DNA of 64,000 nt from Candidatus Bathyarchaeota archaeon (GTDB lineage Archaea; Thermoproteota; Bathyarchaeia; TCS64): the NCBI GenBank assembly GCA_043826455.1, contig JBDRQD010000046.1, positions 32,001 to 96,000 of the forward strand, in the 5' to 3' direction. Under the pieces are notes generated by a model. It made no database searches, was not told the DNA's origin, and was given only the letters and a program-made list of their open reading frames with translations. Below, piece after piece: positions 57,485 to 64,000 of the stretch (the stretch's first letter is position 1; each line of letters opens with the position of its first letter). The translations under genes and the position numbers were made by a program.

Positions 57485-59317
57485 TTAACCCAGTTTCACG
57501 TACTTGGAGAGCTGCTCAGCCTCCTTCTCGAGGCCCAGCCACTTCAACGTGGCCCTGGTGGGGACTCCCTGCTTGTCCCAGCCCCGCTTGTCGTAGTATC
57601 TCTGGAGTAGCCCGTCGTACTTCTTCTCATCCAGCTTGGCTCCCTTGAGGGGCCCCTTGGGCAGCGGGTGCTTGAACCACCTAGCCGGCGGGTAGTCCAT
57701 CTTCCTGCTCCACTTGTCGCCGTACTCCCGGACCCAGAAGGCCCGCATCAGCGCGTAGACGCGGTCGCCCATCTCCCACATCTCGTCCAGGGTCATCTTG
57801 ACGCCCGTGGCCGCCTCAAGGTACTTGGGGTAGTCCTCCAGAGGGTACCCCAGCTCTATCCACGGGAACCTGCACGAGACCAGAGTCTCGAACATGCCTC
57901 CCCTGATGCGCTGAAACTCGATGACCTTGTCCGCCTTCTCCGGCCCATAGCTGTCCCGTTTGCCGCTGCTGATCTCCCAGCTGATGACCCAGGCGTCCTT
58001 GTGGTGGGCGCCTATGGGGCTGGTGCCGAAGCTGAGGGCCATGCCGGGGCAGGCGTGGCAGTCGTAGGCGCTCACCTCCAGGCCCTTGGCGTGGATGGCG
58101 AGGTCCTCCGAGCCTTTACCTATCTTCTCGGCGGCCTTCCTGACGCCGAGGCCGAATACGGCTCCCTTGTCCCTCATGTAGGCCATGTCTAGGAGGAGCT
58201 TCTTGGCGCCCTCGAAGTCACCGAACCTGATGGGCATGTCCACCAGGCCCTTCTCGGCGCACTCCATGGCGAAGCCTATGGCGCTGCCGGCGCTGATGGT
58301 GTCTAGGCCCAGCTCGTCGCACATCCTGTTGAGGGTGCCGATCTGCTCCAGGTCGCCGAGGCCTATGTTGCTGCCCAGCATGGTGACGTTCTCGTAGTCC
58401 AGCTCAGACTCCCTGCCCTCGCTGTCCAGGATGGTGTTGCCGCAGATCATGTTGCAGTTGGGGCAGCCCCGCTGGACCACGGTGGCGGCGTGGACGGCGT
58501 CGCCGTTCACGTTGGCTATGTGCTCGAACTGGCCCTCGCTGAAGTTGCGGGTGGGTAGGGCGCTGGCCGTCTGCATCATGTCGGCGGCCATCATGGTGCC
58601 AATCTTCTTCCAGTAGGGGTAGGCGTCGAACTTGGGTATCCTGTCGAAGCCCTTTCTGCCCAGGTCCTTGAGCATGGCCGGGTCGGCCGCGGGCAGCTCC
58701 TTGCTGCCCTTGAAGACGGCGGCCTTCAGATTCTTGCTGCCCATGACTGCGCCCATGCCGGGGCGACCGCCGGCCCTGCCCTTCTGGCTGACCACGGTGG
58801 AGAAGAGGCACTTGTTCTCGCCGCTCTGGCCCGTGAGGAGGGTGCCGGAGGCCTTGCCGTGCTTGTCCTTGAGCCAGTCCTCGGCCTCGTAGCTGTCCTT
58901 GCCCCACAGGTGGCCGGCGTCCAGTATCTCGGCCTTGTCGTCCTCCACGTAGAGGTACACTGGCTTCTTGGCCCGGCCCGTGATGACCACGGCGTCCAGG
59001 CCACACTTCCGCATGTTCGTGGAGGCCAGGGTGCCCAGGTTTCCGTCACCGTAGCCGCCCGTCAGTGGGCTCTTGGCCGCCACCACCATCTTGCCGCTGT
59101 TGGGCACCTGGAAGCCCGTGTAGGGGCCCGTGGCAAAGATGAGCATGTTCTCGGGGCCCAGGGGGTCCGCGCCGGCGGGGAGCTCGTCCCAGAGTAGCTT
59201 GACGGCTAGGCCTCTGCCTCCTATGAACTTCTTGGCTACTTCCTCGGGGTAGGGTGTGACCTTCGCGGTTCCCTTGGTGAGGTCTACCCTGAGGAGCTTA
59301 CCGTTCCATCCCTTCAT
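57485..59317 (-). CDS. Tungsten aldehyde:ferredoxin oxidoreductase family (FOR/AOR-like)
   Basis: IGGRGL, KSPLTG, GAVMGSKNLKA, CPNCNMIC, DELGLDTIS, YYDKRGWD. Confidence 0.94.
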   Translation of the reverse strand: MKGWNGKLLRVDLTKGTAKVTPYPEEVAKKFIGGRGLAVKLLWDELPAGADPLGPENMLIFATGPYTGFQVPNSGKMVVAAKSPLTGGYGDGNLGTLASTNMRKCGLDAVVITGRAKKPVYLYVEDDKAEILDAGHLWGKDSYEAEDWLKDKHGKASGTLLTGQSGENKCLFSTVVSQKGRAGGRPGMGAVMGSKNLKAAVFKGSKELPAADPAMLKDLGRKGFDRIPKFDAYPYWKKIGTMMAADMMQTASALPTRNFSEGQFEHIANVNGDAVHAATVVQRGCPNCNMICGNTILDSEGRESELDYENVTMLGSNIGLGDLEQIGTLNRMCDELGLDTISAGSAIGFAMECAEKGLVDMPIRFGDFEGAKKLLLDMAYMRDKGAVFGLGVRKAAEKIGKGSEDLAIHAKGLEVSAYDCHACPGMALSFGTSPIGAHHKDAWVISWEISSGKRDSYGPEKADKVIEFQRIRGGMFETLVSCRFPWIELGYPLEDYPKYLEAATGVKMTLDEMWEMGDRVYALMRAFWVREYGDKWSRKMDYPPARWFKHPLPKGPLKGAKLDEKKYDGLLQRYYDKRGWDKQGVPTRATLKWLGLEKEAEQLSKYVKLG

Positions 59318-59513
59318 GGTTATCGTTTAAAGTGGATGTGTGACGGGTTTAAGCCTTTTACCATCGACCTGCAGGAAGGTTCAACTCGAAATGCGTGTTG
59401 GTGCGTCCCCAGTTCAGCTTTACGTGTAATTTATAATGATGACAGCTGCGTGGAAGAATGTGAAATTTTTTCGTGTTAATTTTCGGATTATTTTAATAGA
59501 GTCCGGTCGGTGT

Positions 59514-59792
59514 TCAGCCGCCCACCACGAAGGGCATGATGACCACGTCGTCCTCGTCGCAGAGTCTGGTCTCCACGCCGTCTAGAAGCTGGATGTTCTT
59601 ACCGTTCACCATGACTGCCAGGTCGGCGCCCCCGACCTTGAACTCCCCCAGGTATCCTTGGCGCGTCTGCCCCGCCTTGGAGGCTAGGAGGTTGGCCAGG
59701 TGGCGAACTGTGGCTCCGTCCTCTAGCTCGATGTCGTGTTTGCTGCCGACGGTGGACGCTACGTCGCCGAAGATGCGGACCCTGACCTTCAT
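59514..59792 (-). CDS. MoaD/ThiS/SAMP ubiquitin-like sulfur carrier
   Basis: VMVNG and C-terminal VVGG. Confidence 0.9.
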   Translation of the reverse strand: MKVRVRIFGDVASTVGSKHDIELEDGATVRHLANLLASKAGQTRQGYLGEFKVGGADLAVMVNGKNIQLLDGVETRLCDEDDVVIMPFVVGG

Positions 59793-59849
59793 ACTTGTAT
59801 TTGATGGTGTAGCGGTTGATAAACAATAGGTAAGGTCATCTGTTACGCT

Positions 59850-60236
59850 CTACCAATCCGTGCTCACGACGTCCCGAAGCGCCCTGTCCGTTGTTACCAC
59901 TGTGGCGCCGGTCTCGATGGCTAATGAGGCTATCAACGAGTCGAAGTAGTCGAGACCCCTATCCTGGAGGGCTACGGCGTCACGCAGCGATGTGACCGTG
60001 TTGGAGACCACTTTATCAGCCGATATCCAGCCCTCGAAGGCCCGCCAGGTCAGCCTCCGCTCCTCGGCGCTGTAGCCTCTGGTCTTCATCACTAGGTCGG
60101 CTTCTAGAAGTACTACCATGGGTACGCGGGTCTCTCCTCCTTCCCTCAGCTCTTCAAGGTGTATGACGCTCTCAGCGTGGTGCCTGCTCCCCGTGTTCAA
60201 TGCGCCTATCAGTGTCACGGTGTCAAGGAGCCGCAT
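59850..60236 (-). CDS. PIN-domain toxin (VapC-like)
   Basis: LLDT...E...DYFDSL...TTD; overlaps the upstream antitoxin. Confidence 0.88.
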   Translation of the reverse strand: MRLLDTVTLIGALNTGSRHHAESVIHLEELREGGETRVPMVVLLEADLVMKTRGYSAEERRLTWRAFEGWISADKVVSNTVTSLRDAVALQDRGLDYFDSLIASLAIETGATVVTTDRALRDVVSTDW

Positions 60237-60486
60237 CTCTGTGCTTCTCAGCCTCCTTGGTGATCAGCCTTGTTGCTTCGTGGTCCTCCTCCGCCCAGCC
60301 CTTTAGTTTGGCTGCCCCTACCTCTCTGGCCTTCCTCATAAGGGTCTCGGGATCGATGAGCTCCACGTGGCCCTCCTCTTTTACGTTTACTACTAGGACG
60401 GTGTTGGCCTTTATTCGGGCCTCCTCCCTTATCTTCTTAGGTAGGACTAGCCTCCCCTTATCGTCCATAGTGACTGTTTCGCCCAC
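60223..60486 (-). CDS. AbrB/MazE-fold antitoxin (VapB-like)
   Basis: MDDKGRLVLPKKIRE. Confidence 0.88.
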   Translation of the reverse strand: MGETVTMDDKGRLVLPKKIREEARIKANTVLVVNVKEEGHVELIDPETLMRKAREVGAAKLKGWAEEDHEATRLITKEAEKHRDAAP

Positions 60487-60501
60487 AGTTAGTCATAGTT
60501 C

Positions 60502-60565
60502 ATCCCACTATATTAAATGGGTGGGATATAGTGAGTTATAATCCCATAAAATTAAATAAGTGGGA
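60502..60565. promoter_or_regulatory. Two TCCCA-N14-TGGGA operators upstream of the TA pair
   Basis: 60503-60526 and 60542-60565; same spacing, both with an attaaat core. Confidence 0.6.
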
Positions 60566-60570
60566 ATGGA

Positions 60571-62436
60571 TTACCTGAGCTCGGCCATGGTCTTCTCCAG
60601 AAAGCTCATGTCAAGCCTCTTCAGGGCCTCCTTCGTCGGGATACCCCGCTCGTCCCAGCCCAGTGTTTCGAAGTAGGCGAGACGCCTGCGCTTCACCAGC
60701 TCACGGTCCGTGGTCCTACCCTTGTAGGGGCCCGAGGGCAGGGGCTCGTAGAACCTGTCGGGGTTCTCGTCGTCCTTCACGGGCTCCCAGGTCACGTCCG
60801 GGCCTCCCAGAAGCAGCAGGGCCTTCTGCAGGGTCACTATCCTGGGCCCGTTGACCCTGCGCCATGATTCGATGGATATGTCGTACCCGGTAATGGCCTT
60901 GGCGTAGTCGAATATCAGCTCCTGGGGGGCCCTGGCAAAGTTGCAGTAGACGGCTGAGTCGCTGAACACGGAGCCTGACATGTCGTGGTACCCGTCCCTG
61001 ACGATGCTTGTGTGGTCGCCGCCCTGCACGTTGACGGCGTAGCCGATGTCGTGGGCCAGGAAGTCGGCGTCGCTGCGGGTGCCGTGGGCGCCCACCTCGA
61101 TGCCCTTCACGTGGACCGCGTACTTGAGAAGCTCTTCGGGCTCAAGTCCCTTCATCTCCGCGATCTTCAGGGCCGCCCGGTAGGTGCCCTCGGCGAGGAT
61201 GTCGCCGATGCCCTCCCGGTAGGCTATGATCCTCGCTAGCCTGTCGAAGGCCCCGACGTCACCCCACTCCAGCTTGAACCCTATGTCCTCCTCGGTGAGG
61301 ATGCCCCGCTGGTAAAGTTCAGCCGCGTACCCCATGGTGTTGGCGCCGCCGATGCCCGAGTGGCCCAGGTTGTCAATGAGGGCGCTCAGGTGGATGTCGT
61401 CGGCTGGGTCGAAGATGCCGAAATTGGCCCCGCAGTAGGCCTGGAGCTCGTAGTCGGGGTTGTCGGTGATGTCCCCCTTCCAGGGGCCGCTCTTGACACA
61501 GCTCAGCTTCATGCAGCCGGTGGTGCAGTTGAAGTCGGCCCACTGCTTCTTCACCCAGAACCCGGTCTCGAAGGCCGGGCCCCCGAAGCTCCTCCTGTCG
61601 TGCCACTCCTCCTGCCAGTTCCTGATGGGCTCACTGCTGTAGGTGTTGGCCGTGGACCAGCCGCCGTAGCCGGTGCCCATGCGCCTGAAGCTGTCATTGG
61701 CTATCAGGTGCTCGTGGGCCCTCTTCCACAGGAGCTTCACGGCCTCCGGGGCGTAGACGTCGGGCAGGGGCCCCCAGCCCTTGGCGACTATGGCCTTCAG
61801 GTTCTTGGATCCCATGACGGAGCCATAGCCGCCGTATCCCGCCGCATGGCACAGCTTGGTCATGACGCAGGCGTTCCTCACCATGTTCTCCCCGGCTGGC
61901 CCGACATAGATCATCCCAGGCTCCTTAACTAGGCCCCTGGCGGGGTCGCGCCCGGATAGCTCCTCGGAGACCTCCTTGTTGAGAACCTTGATGGTCTCCT
62001 CGCCCATGGCGCCCCACAGGTGGCCGGCGTCCCTGATCTCGCCCCCGTCCTCAGTGACCAGGACGTAGACCGGCTCATCGGCCCTGCCCGAGACTATTAC
62101 TCCGTCGTAGCCCGCCGTCCTCAGCTCGTGGGCGAACTCGGTGCTTGCCGTGGAGCCCACGGTCCCGTTGCTGACAGGCGACTTCCCGGTGCAGCATATG
62201 CGGCCGCCGGGGTAGATGCCCGTCATGGGTCCTGTGAGGGCCAGGAACAGGTTGTCTGGGCCGAGGGGGTCAACCTCGCTCCACCTCTCGCCGATGCGGT
62301 CCCACAGGATCTTGGCGCCGAGACCTCTGCCGCCGAAGTACTGCTCAAGGATTCGCCCAGGGAAGGTGACATCCCTTGTCTTCCCCGTGGTGAGGTCAAC
62401 GTCCAGGTACTTGCCAGCGTAGCCTCCCGGGGTCAC
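60571..62436 (-). CDS. Tungsten oxidoreductase, AOR family (WOR5-like)
   Basis: True start GTG 62436 (MTPGGYAGKYL); GGRGL, KSPVSNG, VMGSKNLKA, GWDERGIP. Confidence 0.92.
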   Translation of the reverse strand: MTPGGYAGKYLDVDLTTGKTRDVTFPGRILEQYFGGRGLGAKILWDRIGERWSEVDPLGPDNLFLALTGPMTGIYPGGRICCTGKSPVSNGTVGSTASTEFAHELRTAGYDGVIVSGRADEPVYVLVTEDGGEIRDAGHLWGAMGEETIKVLNKEVSEELSGRDPARGLVKEPGMIYVGPAGENMVRNACVMTKLCHAAGYGGYGSVMGSKNLKAIVAKGWGPLPDVYAPEAVKLLWKRAHEHLIANDSFRRMGTGYGGWSTANTYSSEPIRNWQEEWHDRRSFGGPAFETGFWVKKQWADFNCTTGCMKLSCVKSGPWKGDITDNPDYELQAYCGANFGIFDPADDIHLSALIDNLGHSGIGGANTMGYAAELYQRGILTEEDIGFKLEWGDVGAFDRLARIIAYREGIGDILAEGTYRAALKIAEMKGLEPEELLKYAVHVKGIEVGAHGTRSDADFLAHDIGYAVNVQGGDHTSIVRDGYHDMSGSVFSDSAVYCNFARAPQELIFDYAKAITGYDISIESWRRVNGPRIVTLQKALLLLGGPDVTWEPVKDDENPDRFYEPLPSGPYKGRTTDRELVKRRRLAYFETLGWDERGIPTKEALKRLDMSFLEKTMAELR

Positions 62437-62954
62437 GCTATCACCTCCTCGCCCTTCTCCCCGAAGAGCTTCACGGCCAGCATCCTGGCCACCTCCACGG
62501 GGTTTCTGGAGAACAGCTTCCGGCTGCTGCTCATCCCCTCGTGGACCAGCCTCAGCGCGTTGTACCCGGCCTCCCCGCAGACCTTGACGCACTCGGGGTC
62601 GCCGCCGCACAGGTCGCAGATGGTGGCCTTCCTGTCCCTGGGGTGAAGATAGGGGACGGTGCCGGGGCAGGCCCGTACACAGGACCCGCACCCTGTGCAG
62701 GCTTCCCTGTCCACGATGACGGCCGTGGTCTTGCTGTCCATCGACAGCGCCTGAACGGGGCAGGCTTTGACGCAGGGGTAGTCGTCGCACTGGGCGCACA
62801 GGTGAGCCACCTCCAGGCCCGGGAAGGGCATGAACACTCGTACCCTTGACGCCTCGGGCCACATCCAGCCCTCGTGGTGCATGCTGCAGGCTAGTTCGCA
62901 GCGCCTGCACCCTGAGCAGTTCTCGTAGTCTCTAACGATCCAGATAGAACTCAT
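62433..62954 (-). CDS. 4Fe-4S dicluster (polyferredoxin) subunit
   Basis: CSGCRRCELAC, CAQCDDYPCVKACP, CTGCGSCVRACP, CDLCGGDPECVKVC. Confidence 0.93.
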   Translation of the reverse strand: MSSIWIVRDYENCSGCRRCELACSMHHEGWMWPEASRVRVFMPFPGLEVAHLCAQCDDYPCVKACPVQALSMDSKTTAVIVDREACTGCGSCVRACPGTVPYLHPRDRKATICDLCGGDPECVKVCGEAGYNALRLVHEGMSSSRKLFSRNPVEVARMLAVKLFGEKGEEVIA

Positions 62955-63012
62955 GGCATTAGCTAGGGCGGGTGGTGTCATGAAACTTTTGGTAAAGAAA
63001 ATTGGTGAGGGT

Positions 63013-64000
63013 TTACCTCAGCTTGGCCATGCTCTTCTCTAGGAAGCCCAGATCCAGCTTCTTCAGGGTCTCCTTTGTCGGGATGCCCCGCTCGTCCCAG
63101 CCCAGGGTCTCGTTGTAGGCCTTGAGCTTCTCGTCCACTAGCTTCCTGTCCGTGGTCTTGCCCTTGTAGGGGCCGCTGGGCAGGGGCTCGTAGAACCTGG
63201 GCGGGTTGTCGTCGTCCTTCACCGGCGTCCACTTGAGGTCGGGTCCGCCCAGCATGAGGAGCGCCCTCTGCAGGGTGACGATCCTGGGGCCGTTGACGCT
63301 GCGCCAGCCGTGGAGGGTTATGGGGAACCCTGTTATGGCCTTGGCGTAGTCGAAGACCAGGCTCTGGGGGACGCCGTAGAAGGTGAAGTTGCAGAAGACG
63401 GCGCTGTCGGTGAAGACGGCTCCGCTCATGTCGTTGTACCCGTCGGTGCTGGTGCTGGTGTGGTCGCCGCCCTGGACGTTGGCTGCGTAGCTGATGTCGT
63501 GGGTGTAGTCGGCGTCGCTTCTGGTCCCGTGGGCTCCGATCTCGATGCCCTTCACGTGGACCGCGTACTTCAGCAGCTCCTCGGGCTTTCTGCCCTTCAT
63601 CTTGGCGATGATGTGAGCCGCCTGGTAGGTGCCCTCGGCCAGTGCGTCGCCGATCTTCTCCCTCTTGGCCATCATCCGGAGTATCTTGTCGAAGGTCTCC
63701 GGGTCGCCCCACTTGGGCTTGAAGCCGAAGTCGCTGTCCTTCAGTATGCCCCGCTGGTGGAGCTCAACGGCGAAGGCTGCCGTGTTGGGGCCGTTGATTC
63801 CGCTGTGGCCCAGCTGGTCGGCTAGGGCCGAGAGGTGGATGTTGGCCGCGGGGTCGAAGATGCCGAAGTTGGTTCCACAGTAGGCTTGGAGCTCGTAGTC
63901 TGGCATGTCGGTGATGTCGCCCTTCCAGGGCCCCGTCATTATGCAGCTCACCTTCATGCAGCTAGTGGTGCAGTTGAAGTCGGCCCACTTCTTCTTCACC
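63013..64000 (-). CDS. AOR-family tungsten oxidoreductase, C-terminal part (paralog of 60571-62436)
   Basis: Highly similar to the downstream paralog (WADFNCTT, PDYELQAYCG, HGTRSDAD); runs off the window. Confidence 0.92.
   Translation of the reverse strand, partial: VKKKWADFNCTTSCMKVSCIMTGPWKGDITDMPDYELQAYCGTNFGIFDPAANIHLSALADQLGHSGINGPNTAAFAVELHQRGILKDSDFGFKPKWGDPETFDKILRMMAKREKIGDALAEGTYQAAHIIAKMKGRKPEELLKYAVHVKGIEIGAHGTRSDADYTHDISYAANVQGGDHTSTSTDGYNDMSGAVFTDSAVFCNFTFYGVPQSLVFDYAKAITGFPITLHGWRSVNGPRIVTLQRALLMLGGPDLKWTPVKDDDNPPRFYEPLPSGPYKGKTTDRKLVDEKLKAYNETLGWDERGIPTKETLKKLDLGFLEKSMAKLR

Noticed and set aside
60571..62910. 779-aa AOR with long N-terminal extension
   Set aside because: The extension is an off-frame shadow of the ferredoxin gene. 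The real start is GTG 62436, after a GGAGGTGA Shine-Dalgarno.
1..64000. CRISPR array, rRNA, tRNA, transposase or integrase
   Set aside because: No regularly spaced repeats, cloverleaf or transposase motifs recognised by eye. A tRNAscan/Rfam run would be needed to exclude them fully.

Overview
GC-rich archaeal chromosomal segment, most consistent with Candidatus Bathyarchaeia. The taxon is inferred from gene content: archaeal LeuRS, eS1/uS15/eL15/eS19, aIF2-gamma, aIF5A+DHS, KEOPS, TFB and several tungsten AORs. About 70 densely packed CDS, mostly housekeeping. I recognised no rRNA, tRNA, CRISPR array or transposase. Signals the ORF track does not explain: (1) a ~400-440 bp dispersed non-coding element in four diverged copies (7.96, 23.5, 29.0, 48.9 kb), whose conserved hairpin shows a compensatory change and G-U pairs; (2) four genes (aIF2-gamma, TFB, glmM, a cupin) whose N-terminal coding region lies upstream of any in-frame ATG/GTG/TTG, implying non-canonical starts; (3) an arsenic island inside the rps15-recJ-pcc1-rps3ae cluster, combining ArsR/Acr3 with a lipoyl-carrier H-protein, two DGC proteins, an OsmC and a decapitated arsC remnant; (4) a CBS-Schlafen(AlbA_2) fusion; (5) an AT-rich, short, non-archaeal-type AlaRS between rpl12 and leuS; (6) an uncharacterised four-gene membrane operon; (7) a surface protein with three HFS-motif repeats. 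All product calls come from motif recognition by eye, without database searches.
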